Shown piece by piece: positions 7,075 to 16,166 of a DNA stretch of 24,000 nucleotides. Made by a program: the position numbers and the translations under genes. Positions within the stretch are counted from its first letter, which is position 1; each line of letters starts with the position of its first letter. Origin of the DNA: Candidatus Wolframiiraptor sinensis (GTDB lineage Archaea; Thermoproteota; Nitrososphaeria_A; Caldarchaeales; Wolframiiraptoraceae); assembly GCA_023261815.1 (NCBI GenBank), contig JALNKA010000009.1, forward strand, positions 13,254 to 37,253. The letters run 5' to 3'. The notes beneath the pieces were generated by a model. It saw only the letters and a list, made by a program, of their open reading frames with translations. It did no database searches and had not been told where the DNA came from.

Positions 7075-7935
7075 CTAACTCTTTTTCTCCTGCTCGCCGC
7101 CAGCCTCGGATAAGAGTTCTGGAAGCCTTTCATAATCCTCAGGCTCCATTCTCCATCCCATGCCTCCGAGAAGCTCGTCCAAGTGCTCCTTACTCATCGT
7201 CTTCGATAGCGATATTATGTTCTCATGGCGTATAACCCAGTTTATCAAGATCTGCGCAGGCGTCTTCCCATATTTTCTCCCAAAGCCCTCTAAAATCCTC
7301 CTGTAGGGATCTTTCAGGAGAGAGCCTTTTCCGAGAGGTCTATATGCTATGATCGTTATTCCGTTTCTTGCGCAGAAGGGCAGGATTTCATGCTCTATGA
7401 GCCTGTCTAGGGGATTGTAGAGAACCTGGTTCGAGACTATATCGTATCTCGAGAGATGGTTCATCGCCTCCTCGAGCTCCTTGACGCTGAAGTTGCTGAC
7501 GCCGATGAACCTGATCTTGCCCTCGTCAACGAGCTTCTCCATAGCTTTCATGGTCTCCCTAAGTGGTATGAATGGATTCGGGAAATGTATCTGGTATAGG
7601 TCGATATAATCCACCCCTAATCTATCAAGGCTTCTACTCAGAGACTCGAAGACATCCTTGAACTTCAGGTTGTAGGGCCATATCTTGGTTGCTATGAAGA
7701 CCTCTTCTCTCGGGAACTCCTTGACCGCCTCTCCCACGAGCTCCTCGCAATGCCCAGCCCCATACATCTCGGCCGTATCAATGAGCTTTACGCCTCTCCT
7801 AATCGCGTACCTCACTATCTCCACAACCTCCACATCCCTAGAAAAATCCGGGTAATCTCTTCCACCCATCTCCCATGTTCCAAGTCCTAGAGCCGGAATG
7901 AGGACATCCGTTCTTCCCAGCCTCCTAAGCTCCAT
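7075..7935 (-). CDS. Aldo/keto reductase family oxidoreductase
   Basis: MELRRLGRTDVLIPALGLGTWEMGG, IDTAEMYG, YIDLYQIHFP and IGVSNF are typical AKR motifs. 286 aa. Confidence 0.9.
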   Translation of the reverse strand: MELRRLGRTDVLIPALGLGTWEMGGRDYPDFSRDVEVVEIVRYAIRRGVKLIDTAEMYGAGHCEELVGEAVKEFPREEVFIATKIWPYNLKFKDVFESLSRSLDRLGVDYIDLYQIHFPNPFIPLRETMKAMEKLVDEGKIRFIGVSNFSVKELEEAMNHLSRYDIVSNQVLYNPLDRLIEHEILPFCARNGITIIAYRPLGKGSLLKDPYRRILEGFGRKYGKTPAQILINWVIRHENIISLSKTMSKEHLDELLGGMGWRMEPEDYERLPELLSEAGGEQEKKS

Positions 7936-8059
7936 CTCCCCTCAACATCACTCTCGCCCTTCGGTATTGAAAAATCTTCTAGGGTGCGCCTCGGCAACGA
8001 GCATTGGGCTTAATGGTTTTAACTTCCCATAAGGGGAGTATTCTTGTCGGTGATGTGGA

Positions 8060-9289
8060 GTGTGCCCGGCCTTCAAGACCCTAGATGACGTGGATGTTCG
8101 CGGCAAGGTGGTGATCGTGAGAGCTGATCTGAATTCTCCGATAGACCCACAGACTGGGATGATACAGGATAATGAGAGGATACAGGCGCATGCCGAGACT
8201 CTTAAGGAGCTTGCTGAGAAGGGTGCCAGGGTCGTGGTTCTCGCTCATCAGGGGAGAAAGGGCGATCCAGACTTCCTCCCACTCGAGCAGCATGCTAAGT
8301 TCCTCTCGAAGCATGTTGGCAAGCCGGTGAAGTACGTCCCAGATCTCATCGGTGAAAAGGCTGTGGAGGCGGTTAAGAGCCTTAGAAGCGGCGAGATACT
8401 GCTCCTAGAGAATGTTAGGATTCTTGATGAGGAGACCGCGGAGAAGAGCCCGGAGGAGCATGCAAGGGGCGCATTAGTTTCGAAGCTATCTGGACTGGCG
8501 GATCTATTCGTCTTGGATGCGTTCTCGGCGGCTCATAGGGCTCATGCATCAATAGTCGGGTTCGCCGCGGTTCTCCCCACAGTGGCCGGCAGGGTCATGG
8601 AGAGGGAGCTCAAGGCGCTCAGCGAGATACTCGAGAAGCGGAGCAGCATAATACTCTTCATGGGCGGAAACAAGCCCGACGACTGCATAAAGGTCATCGA
8701 AGCACTTCTCAGCAGGCGCAAGCCCGAGATCAAGATTCTGCTCTCCGCCGGAATTCTAGGCCAGCTCTTCCTCGCATCCGAAGGTAGGAATCTCGGAGAG
8801 CCCAGCATGGCATATATCAGGAAGAAGGGATTTGAGCCCCTCATAGGCAAGGTGAGAGATCTGGCGACAAAGCTCGGAGATCGGCTGAGGAAGCCCATTG
8901 ACGTGGCCTACGAGATCGATGGAAGGCGCGAGGAGATTAGGGTCGAGAATCTCCCGTCTCCAGGCCCCATCATGGATATAGGGAGCGAGACCGCCTCGAC
9001 ATATGCGGACATAATAAGATCCGCGAGCGAGGATGATGCGATAATAGTTAAGGGGCCCGCGGGAGCATACGAGCACGAGAACTTCAGGAAGGGGACTGCG
9101 GAGATCTACAGGGCTTTGGCGAGGTCAAAGGCCTTCGCCTTGATCGGCGGAGGCGATTCGTCGACGGCCATAAACCTCGTCGGGCTCAGGGTCGAGGACT
9201 TCTCATACGTCAGCCTAGCGGGCGGAGCCCTAATCCACTATCTATCCGGCGGCAAGATGCCCGGCGTTGAGATCCTGATGCGAGGCTAA
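8060..9289 (+). CDS. pgk: Phosphoglycerate kinase
   Basis: FKTLDDVDVRGKVVIVRADLNSPI, LAHQGRKG, LENVR, DAFSAAHRAHAS and GGGDS are PGK signatures. The 409-aa length is typical of archaeal PGK. GTG start at 8060. Confidence 0.9.
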   Translation: MCPAFKTLDDVDVRGKVVIVRADLNSPIDPQTGMIQDNERIQAHAETLKELAEKGARVVVLAHQGRKGDPDFLPLEQHAKFLSKHVGKPVKYVPDLIGEKAVEAVKSLRSGEILLLENVRILDEETAEKSPEEHARGALVSKLSGLADLFVLDAFSAAHRAHASIVGFAAVLPTVAGRVMERELKALSEILEKRSSIILFMGGNKPDDCIKVIEALLSRRKPEIKILLSAGILGQLFLASEGRNLGEPSMAYIRKKGFEPLIGKVRDLATKLGDRLRKPIDVAYEIDGRREEIRVENLPSPGPIMDIGSETASTYADIIRSASEDDAIIVKGPAGAYEHENFRKGTAEIYRALARSKAFALIGGGDSSTAINLVGLRVEDFSYVSLAGGALIHYLSGGKMPGVEILMRG

Positions 9290-9337
9290 AAAGCCGCAAA
9301 CAATACGAACTTCTCCTCAACCCCTTTTTCCCAATTC

Positions 9338-9347
9338 GTAAATAATG
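9338..9347 (+). promoter_or_regulatory. TATA-like box upstream of ppcA
   Basis: GTAAATAATG is centred about 42 nt upstream of ATG 9385. A T5 run (CCCCTTTTTCCC) just before it could terminate pgk. Motif-level evidence only. Confidence 0.3.
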
Positions 9348-9384
9348 TTTTTCTACTTCTTTTGAGCTATAGCCGCCAAAAGGC

Positions 9385-10959
9385 ATGGTTTCAAGGAAGA
9401 TTCCTCGAACGATGTCGACCCAGCATCCGGATAATGTCTCACTGCCGAGCTGGGTTAGCGGCGAGGTCATTCAGGGAGAGGATGAGGTTCATGAGGCATA
9501 CTTCGCCTATAGCCAGCTTGGATGCATGGAGGTAATGTGGGATGCTGAGGGAAAGGACGTGGATACGCGCGTTATCAGGAAGCTGCTGAGCAAGTACGGC
9601 GACTTCTTCAGGGATCACGTAATAGGCGAGGACATATTCTTGACATACCGCGTCCCAAACCCGAACATAGAGCTCGTTGAGCGAAAGATACTGCTTGAGT
9701 CCCTGATGAATATACCGATTGCCCGCGACATCGCATCAACCTTCTATGGAAGGGAGGTGACACCGTTCTTCGAGGTCATCCTCCCTCTAACAACCTGCAG
9801 CGAGGACATGCTGAAGCTCAAGGGATTCTACGAGAAGGCCATAGCGGGCATCGGGGATATCAGGGTACACGGAGAGACGAGTGTCTCGGATTGGGTCGGC
9901 GAGTTCAAGCCCAAGGCGATCGACGTGATCCCGCTCATAGAAGATATGGAGAGCATGCTAAGCATCGACTGCATAATTGAGCCCTATATATCAGCGGTTA
10001 AGCCGGAATCTCTCCGAGTATTCCTAGCGCGCTCCGATCCCGCTCTGAACTACGGCCTCGCATGCGCCGTGATCCTATGCAAGCTCGCGCTCTCGAAGCT
10101 GAAGAGAGTAGAGGAGGATACAGGAGTCGAGATCTACCCGATAATCGGCGCCGGAACCATGCCATTTCGCGGCCACCTGAATCCGGAGAATCTGCAGAAT
10201 TTCCTAGATGAGTATAGGGGAGTTCATACCGTCACGATACAGTCCGCCATGAAGTACGATTATCCCGTTGAGGCCGTGAAGGAAGCTATTCGCGTGCTGA
10301 ATGATCGGCTCCCCGGCGGCGAGCCCGAGCTCATCGAGCCTCACGAAGAAGAATTGCTGAGAAAGGTTCTCATCAAGTTTGCCAGAAGCTATCAGAGGAC
10401 GATCGAGGCTCTGGCACCCATGATAAACTACGTGGCCCGATATGTTCCGCCGAGAAGAGCCAGGAAGCTTCACATAGGGCTTTTCGGCTACAGCCGCAGC
10501 GTCGGAAAAGTATCTCTTCCGAGAGCAATACCATTCGCCGCTGCGCTCTACACCCTCGGGATACCGCCAGAGTTCATCGGATTCAAAGCGCTCATAGACC
10601 TGAGCGAGGAGGAGTGGAACGCTCTAAGAAGATGCTACCGCAAGCTGGAGCACGACCTGTCCGTCGCCGCCGGATTGCTATCTTGGAATAACCTGAATAT
10701 GCTGGCCGAGGCATGTCAGCAGTTAGCCGAGCTGGTCGGCATGAGTGCGGATGAGCTACGCAGCGCCATGAGCGACATCATAACAGACCTGAGCGCCGTC
10801 GAGGAGCAGCTCGGCCTGAGGGCTGGCCCGAAAACATTAACTCAAAGGCGCTACGAGAATGCTGTAAACGACTTTTTAGCAGCCATTCTAGAGGGGGATC
10901 AGGAGGAAGCAGGTAGGAGGCTCATAGATGCTGCCAGGCTGAGGCGCTGCTTGGGGTAG
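9385..10959 (+). CDS. ppcA: Phosphoenolpyruvate carboxylase, archaeal type
   Basis: The N-terminal KIPRTMSTQHPDN is the hallmark start of archaeal-type PEPC (PpcA). The 524-aa length fits that family, far shorter than bacterial Ppc. Confidence 0.9.
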   Translation: MVSRKIPRTMSTQHPDNVSLPSWVSGEVIQGEDEVHEAYFAYSQLGCMEVMWDAEGKDVDTRVIRKLLSKYGDFFRDHVIGEDIFLTYRVPNPNIELVERKILLESLMNIPIARDIASTFYGREVTPFFEVILPLTTCSEDMLKLKGFYEKAIAGIGDIRVHGETSVSDWVGEFKPKAIDVIPLIEDMESMLSIDCIIEPYISAVKPESLRVFLARSDPALNYGLACAVILCKLALSKLKRVEEDTGVEIYPIIGAGTMPFRGHLNPENLQNFLDEYRGVHTVTIQSAMKYDYPVEAVKEAIRVLNDRLPGGEPELIEPHEEELLRKVLIKFARSYQRTIEALAPMINYVARYVPPRRARKLHIGLFGYSRSVGKVSLPRAIPFAAALYTLGIPPEFIGFKALIDLSEEEWNALRRCYRKLEHDLSVAAGLLSWNNLNMLAEACQQLAELVGMSADELRSAMSDIITDLSAVEEQLGLRAGPKTLTQRRYENAVNDFLAAILEGDQEEAGRRLIDAARLRRCLG

Positions 10960-11016
10960 TGCTCGAACAGAGTCCGCGCGCAGAAATATATCATGGCTCA
11001 CTGCCCTATTCCGCGG

Positions 11017-11469
11017 ATGACCAAGCTATGGTACTTCGCATATGGATGGTCCATGGACAAGTCTCTTATGAGAAAGTGCATCGGGGATTGGCTCGATGCG
11101 AGGCGCGCGGTTTTAAAGGGCTTCGAGATAGCCTTTAACGCCTATTCCCCGGCTTGGAGGGGCGGCATCGCGAACCTCAGGGAGAAGGAGGGCGCGAGGG
11201 TCATCGGCGTCGCCTACATGATAACGCCCGATCAGCTCGTGAAGCTGGACGCATTCGAAGGCGTCCCATCGAGGGCGAGCAGGAGAATGATCTCGATCGA
11301 GGTTGAGGGGATTGGCGAGGTTAGAGCTGTGACGCACGTTGCCTCAAGCCCGAGAAACGGCTTCATCCAGCCATCAAAGGAGTATCTCTCGGCAATGTAT
11401 AGGGGCGTCAAGCAGCACGGCATTCCAGACGAGATTATAAGAGTTCTTCAGAGGATTATAGGGAGATGA
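11017..11469 (+). CDS. Gamma-glutamylcyclotransferase-like (AIG2/GGCT fold) protein
   Basis: MTKLWYFAYGWSMDKSLMRKC matches the YFAYGSNM start of the GGCT/AIG2 family, and an internal FEG lies at the position where the family carries its catalytic Glu. I prefer ATG 11017, where the TATA-like GAAATATAT at 10983-10991 sits about 30 nt upstream. ATG 10993 is the alternative. Confidence 0.7.
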   Translation: MTKLWYFAYGWSMDKSLMRKCIGDWLDARRAVLKGFEIAFNAYSPAWRGGIANLREKEGARVIGVAYMITPDQLVKLDAFEGVPSRASRRMISIEVEGIGEVRAVTHVASSPRNGFIQPSKEYLSAMYRGVKQHGIPDEIIRVLQRIIGR

Positions 11470-11528
11470 CCAGAAAAAGGGAAGGATAAAATTATCCCGA
11501 GGGCATCCCCCCATGAGCTGGCGATGCG

Positions 11529-12194
11529 GTGATGAGCGACCTCATCGATGTATTCGAGATCTTCCGCGCGTTGCGGGCTCACGGGTATCTGGGCGCGCTA
11601 CTCATAGCAGTTCTAGGCAGCCTAGTCCCATTCCTGCCTGTCCCATACCTGATACCGATAGTTCTCATGTCTAGGGCTTTGGATCCGTTTCTTCTCGGGA
11701 TCGCCGCGGGTATTGGAGGCGCTTTGGGAAAGCTGACATCCTATTTCTTAGGCAGGTTCAGCAGGAGGCTTCTCAGCGAGGAGAGGAGGAGGAAGACCGC
11801 CGTCCTCGGAAAAGCTATCGAGAAATATGGAATGCTCGCGGTGTTCTTGTTCGCGCTCACGCCCCTTCCGGATGACGTCGTCTACATCCCGGTCGGGCTC
11901 ATGGGGCTCAGCATAGCGAAATTCATGATAGCGAATATGCTGGGGAAAATAGTTCTCTCATGGATAGTCGCCTACGCTGGAAGGTTCTACTTCGACCTCG
12001 CCACGCTCTTCTTGGGAGAGGGCAATGGGCCCATAGTAACAATACTAGCTGTTGCCGCGATGGCGGCGATAACGGTGGTAATACTGAGAGTAGACTGGGA
12101 AGAGGTGATTGAGACCGGAAGGAAAAATGGATTCTGGGCAGCATTCAAAGCTATGCTAGTGCCTGCGAGTAGGAGGCGCGGGCTCCAAAGCTGA
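11529..12194 (+). CDS. DedA/VTT-domain (SNARE-associated-like) membrane protein
   Basis: 221 aa, polytopic. LGSLVPFLPVPYLIPIV ... LTPLPDDVVYIPVGLMGLS follows the re-entrant-loop pattern of DedA/TVP38 (VTT) proteins. GTG 11529 is immediately followed by ATG 11532. Confidence 0.7.
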   Translation: MMSDLIDVFEIFRALRAHGYLGALLIAVLGSLVPFLPVPYLIPIVLMSRALDPFLLGIAAGIGGALGKLTSYFLGRFSRRLLSEERRRKTAVLGKAIEKYGMLAVFLFALTPLPDDVVYIPVGLMGLSIAKFMIANMLGKIVLSWIVAYAGRFYFDLATLFLGEGNGPIVTILAVAAMAAITVVILRVDWEEVIETGRKNGFWAAFKAMLVPASRRRGLQS

Positions 12195-12228
12195 AAAGCA
12201 TATATGCCGCACATTGGCTCAATTGTGC

Positions 12229-12888
12229 ATGGCGAGAACCTACAAGTGGCTTGGCGGAATAGGGTACATCCTAGGATTGGTTCCCTACGTGAGTTTCATT
12301 TCACCGATTATCGTCGCGATAGCCTGGATCCTCATGGGCAAGGATACGCGGGAGAAGATATTCACGGTTCTGGGAGTGCTGATGCTCGTGATGTTCGCCT
12401 CCGCGATCGCGCTCATCGCCTGGCTTTTCTTCTCGCTCATGATGACGGCGTACACTGTGGTGCCCGGCGCGCTGGAGCCGTGGAGAATGGGAGCGGCCAT
12501 CTCCCAGGTCCTCAGCCAACTATGGGTTTTGATAACCGCCGCCCTCGTGATTGTTGGCCTCGCGATCGCGGTCTTCATACTCGATATAATCGCTCATTTC
12601 AGGGCTGGAAAGATCTTTGACAGCAGGTGGTTTAAGGCCGCTGGATGGATGAGAATCATACTGATAATAGCTTTAGTCGTGTCAATTCCGCTCACCATCT
12701 TCATGATAATCTCGGCCGGCCCCGGCGTGTTCTCGACAATTCCAGCCTTACCGGACTATGGCGCAATCGTACCCCTTCTGCTCACGATCCTCTGGCCCAT
12801 GATAATAGTGCTGATCGTCAGCCTGCTCGCGACGATCTTCTCCGTAATAGCGTTCTTCACGATACCAGAGGAGGCTTCGCCAGCATAG
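12229..12888 (+). CDS. Polytopic membrane protein, DUF996-like
   Basis: MARTYKWLGGIGYILGLVPYVSFISPIIVAIAWILMG resembles the N-terminus of the archaeal DUF996 membrane family. I prefer ATG 12229, where the TATA-like AAGCATATATGCC lies about 25 nt upstream, over the track's TTG 12214. Confidence 0.55.
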   Translation: MARTYKWLGGIGYILGLVPYVSFISPIIVAIAWILMGKDTREKIFTVLGVLMLVMFASAIALIAWLFFSLMMTAYTVVPGALEPWRMGAAISQVLSQLWVLITAALVIVGLAIAVFILDIIAHFRAGKIFDSRWFKAAGWMRIILIIALVVSIPLTIFMIISAGPGVFSTIPALPDYGAIVPLLLTILWPMIIVLIVSLLATIFSVIAFFTIPEEASPA

Positions 12889-12960
12889 CCATCAGGCCGG
12901 ATGCTATGAGGCAATAAACTTTAGATTAGGACTTGACAGTGTTCCCGTGGTGCCGCGGCG

Positions 12961-14232
12961 TTGAGCAGCTGGGGCGGGATAACCTCGTCCGAGATGGCCG
13001 CTATCGACGAGAACGCTGAGTGGCTTGGGGTCCCGAGAGCCCTGCTGATGGAGAATGCCGGCGCCTGGGTCGCCAGGATAATCTATCAATGGCTCGGGGG
13101 AGTGGCGGGCGCGAGGATCGCTGTCATCTGCGGGACCGGGAATAATGGTGGAGATGGCTTCGCGGCCGCTAGGCATCTCGCCGGCTTAGGGGCGGAGGTC
13201 GCGGTGATCCTCGTAGGAGATCCCGAGAAGATTAGAACCGCGGAGGCTAGGGCAAATTTCGAGGCGGCTAGGGCCATGCGCGAGTCGATAAAGCTCTTCA
13301 TCATCAGAAGCATAGAGGATCTTGAGAGGGTTAAGCGTGAGGTCGAGGAATCCGAGGTAGTTGTTGACGCGATATTCGGGACCGGAGTTAGGGGGCCGAT
13401 CGCCGAGCCCTGGAGATCCGCGATACAGCTCATAAACTCCTCCAGAGCATTGAAGGTGGCCGTGGATATACCATCGGGCTTAAACCCCGATACCGGCGAG
13501 GCTGAAGACGTGTGCGTTCACGCAGATGTGACCGTGACATTTCATAGGCCGAAGCGGGGCATGCCCGCCGCCGCGGATTACTGTGGCGAGGTGGTGATCG
13601 CGCCTATCGGGATACCGCCGGAGGCGGAGATAATCATGGGGCCCGGGAACCTCAGGCAGGCTCTGAGGGCCATGAGGAGCCGCGCGGAGAATGTGATCCT
13701 GCTCGAGCCCCTGCCGGACGAGTCAAGAGCCCTGATGAGCGCACTCGAAGTCGAGCTCAAGCCCGCCGGCGTTCTTGAGGAAGGCGTGATCTACGCGGGC
13801 AGAAGAATCAATCTGCTTAAGGATCTCAAGGAGTACTCTTGGGCTGTGGGATTCGGGATATCCTCGAGCCCGAGGCTCATCTCGATAATTGGAGAGGATG
13901 AGGCATCCCAGCTCGGGATAAACATGAAGATGGGGCTGCGCGCGAAATACGAGATATACTCTAGGAAGGCCTCGGAGCTCGAGAACATGATATACATCGT
14001 CGGGAGAGAGTTCGATCTACTGATCGGGAACTCTAGGTGGAGGTTGAGCTGGATGAATAGACCACTCGGCGAACGCGGTCTAAACACCCTGATCGCGGCG
14101 ACGCTGGCACTTCTTGCGAGAGGAGTCGATTGTTTCGACGCCGTTTCGGCGGCCGGATACTTGGCGGGAATAGCGGCGGGCTCCGGATATGATGCCGCGC
14201 TAAATGAGCTGAAAAGATTTCTCAAAGATTAG
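12961..14232 (+). CDS. NAD(P)H-hydrate epimerase (YjeF_N) with a degenerate YjeF_C-like C-terminal domain
   Basis: The N-terminal half has ITSSEMAAIDENA..LMENAG and CGTGNNGGDGFAAARHL (YjeF_N signatures). The C-terminal ~190 aa aligns by eye to the dehydratase domain of the gene at 19178-20038, but GTGDVLSG is replaced by ERGLNTLIA. The start is TTG 12961 or ATG 12994. Confidence 0.8.
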   Translation: MSSWGGITSSEMAAIDENAEWLGVPRALLMENAGAWVARIIYQWLGGVAGARIAVICGTGNNGGDGFAAARHLAGLGAEVAVILVGDPEKIRTAEARANFEAARAMRESIKLFIIRSIEDLERVKREVEESEVVVDAIFGTGVRGPIAEPWRSAIQLINSSRALKVAVDIPSGLNPDTGEAEDVCVHADVTVTFHRPKRGMPAAADYCGEVVIAPIGIPPEAEIIMGPGNLRQALRAMRSRAENVILLEPLPDESRALMSALEVELKPAGVLEEGVIYAGRRINLLKDLKEYSWAVGFGISSSPRLISIIGEDEASQLGINMKMGLRAKYEIYSRKASELENMIYIVGREFDLLIGNSRWRLSWMNRPLGERGLNTLIAATLALLARGVDCFDAVSAAGYLAGIAAGSGYDAALNELKRFLKD

Positions 14233-14304
14233 TCGGGTTCCCCTTTTCGCGGAAAATCATTCCTCATATAACGGGAAAGAAAAACGTGTTTTATGCTCTT
14301 TCGC

Positions 14305-15279
14305 TTACCGTGCCCTTGACCTGCGAATCACCAGAATCGCGGCGATGACCACCACAATTATTATCGCGATGATTATGATCGGTATCATTGAGGCCATTTC
14401 GGGGCCCGCGGCTGTGGTGGCCGGCGCCTGAGTTGTCATGGGGGTCGTCTTGCTGGGAGCTCCTGTGGTCTGCGTTGAAGCCTCCGTCTTGGTCGGCGGG
14501 CCGCTTACCGTTGATTCTATCGTTATCGTATTGGTTACGGTGCTACCGGGGATCGTTATTGTCTTGGTTATGATCGTGCCGGGCGCGGTTATCGTCGTGA
14601 CTATAGTTCGGCCCCTTTCCTCATATGTCGTGGTGTAGGTTGTGCCGGGTATAGTCGTGGTCTTTGTGACCGTGACCGGCTCTGTGATGAAGAGCTCCGG
14701 AACCGTTATGACCGTTCCACTCACCGTGTATCCGGGCATGGCTATGGAGATCGTTAAGGGCTCCCTTGCCTCGAACCTATTTATGATCGTGAGCGTTATC
14801 GCCCTGCAGTACTTCATTATCTCTCCATAAACTGGGACCGCGATGCTGAAGACCGTGCTTATCGGCCCCATGGATATCATGGTCAGAGCCTCGACGTAAT
14901 CCATGCCCGTCGTTTTCAAGGTCGTCCCGCCCTCAACACTCGTGATCGTCGTCTCATATGTTGCCGCCGGGATCGCGTAGGCCGTCGTTATCCCCGGGAA
15001 AGTCATGACCGGAATCGTGATCTCCGTGACCGGCTCGCCCCTAACAACCATGACGCACTCCTGATCGGGTCTCATCTCGACGTAGATGAGCCTGTAGCCG
15101 CCGTAGATTATCGTCGCGGCGCCGGTTGTCCCAGGCATCTCCACGATCTCGGTCGTCGTGCTCGGCGGATAAGTTATCACAGTAGTCGTCGTGGTGGTGA
15201 TAACCTGCTGAGCAAAACCTATTGATAAGACACACAATATCAGGATTATCGCGATTTGGGATAAGAGCTTACTATGCAC
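14305..15279 (-). CDS. Thr-rich secreted/cell-surface protein with signal peptide and C-terminal membrane anchor
   Basis: It has an N-terminal signal-like MHSKLLSQIAIILILCVLSIGFAQQ and a Thr-rich body with recurring xPG(T/Y/I/S)T motifs. A Thr/Pro/Ala linker (PPTKTEASTQTTGAPSKTTPMTTQAPATTAAGPE) precedes a C-terminal TM helix with an RRSRAR tail. SD-like AAGGAGAC lies upstream. Confidence 0.75.
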   Translation of the reverse strand: MHSKLLSQIAIILILCVLSIGFAQQVITTTTTTVITYPPSTTTEIVEMPGTTGAATIIYGGYRLIYVEMRPDQECVMVVRGEPVTEITIPVMTFPGITTAYAIPAATYETTITSVEGGTTLKTTGMDYVEALTMISMGPISTVFSIAVPVYGEIMKYCRAITLTIINRFEAREPLTISIAMPGYTVSGTVITVPELFITEPVTVTKTTTIPGTTYTTTYEERGRTIVTTITAPGTIITKTITIPGSTVTNTITIESTVSGPPTKTEASTQTTGAPSKTTPMTTQAPATTAAGPEMASMIPIIIIAIIIVVVIAAILVIRRSRAR

Positions 15280-15436
15280 GCTTCAGTCTCCTTTAGTCAC
15301 CGTTATCGGGGGATTATGCTATTTAAGCCTTTAAAGATGGCTCATTGCTGGCCAAAGATCCCGGCGGCGCCCAGCGCTTTTAGCGGTTACCTCAGCTCCG
15401 AGTGAACAGCTTATCTCGGGGCCGGGGGTTAATGGT

Positions 15437-15979
15437 GTGGGGTTGGCGTCCGAGGTGAATAGGCTCAAGACCGGGGTTAAGGGGATTGACGGCCTCATCG
15501 AGGGCGGGGTGCCCGAGGGCTTCTTGGTCGCCGTCACGGTCGAGCCTGGATGCGGCAAGACGATCTTCTCGATACACTTCATCAATCAGGGGATACTGGA
15601 TGGCGATAAGTGCATCTACATAACGACTGAGGAGAGCAGGGAGTCCATCGTGAAGCAGGCCTCACAGTTCGGGATGAATTTCGAGGAGGCCATGGATGGG
15701 GGCAAGCTGATAATAGTTGACGCGCTGATGGGCAGGGAGGATAGGTGGAGCCTCAAGTCGCTGGACATGGAGGCGCTCGTAGAGAAGATAATCGAGGCGA
15801 AGAAGGAGCTTGGATACGGCAGGGCCAGGGTCGCGATAGACTCGCTCTCGGCCTTCTGGCTCGATAGGCCCGCGATGGCGAGAAGATACAGCTACTATCT
15901 CAAGAAAGTTTTATCGAAGTGGGACTTCACGATACTCGCCGTGAGCCAGTACGCGATAACGACCGCGGAGAGCTTCGGA
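15437..15979 (+). CDS. KaiC/aRadC-like RecA-superfamily ATPase, N-terminal part of a split gene (181 codons)
   Basis: LKTGVKGIDGLIEGGVPEGFLVAVTVEPGCGKT (Walker A), CIYITTEES, RVAIDSLS and ILAVSQYAITTAESFG follow the KaiC-like/RadA-paralog pattern. Homology ends at about 15979. The same frame then runs through unrelated sequence to TGA 16109-16111. Confidence 0.8.
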
Positions 15980-16166
15980 TTAATAGAAGTATCAGATCGC
16001 CTAGCCTCATCCTTCGATCACCCTCTCAGCCCCCTCCCTATCTATCACTATTATCCCATGTTCCATATTATGAGGTGTGGTCGCGTGAGCTGTTTTCCTT
16101 TGCGTCCATGAAGCCTTATAATCTCGGCCATTTTCATCGGCTTTCAGGGGCTGGGTCGTGGAGGGC

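Noticed and set aside
5658-14830. Track ORFs overlapping the nucleotidyltransferase, gap, pgk, ppcA, GGCT-like, DedA-like, DUF996-like, epimerase and Thr-rich genes (e.g. 5658..5864, 6034..6573, 6266..6586, 6717..6923, 8081..8314, 8542..8898, 8756..9076, 9210..9470, 10204..10473, 11113..11337, 11232..11423, 11923..12144, 11987..12214, 12204..12620, 12285..12578, 12301..12519, 12645..12917, 12904..13176, 13086..13433, 13578..13760, 13791..14225, 14388..14573, 14438..14638, 14642..14830, 15041..15235)
   Set aside because: Same reasoning: they are shadow frames of well-supported genes. The ORFs opposite the Thr-rich gene merely mirror its repetitive ACN/GTN codons.
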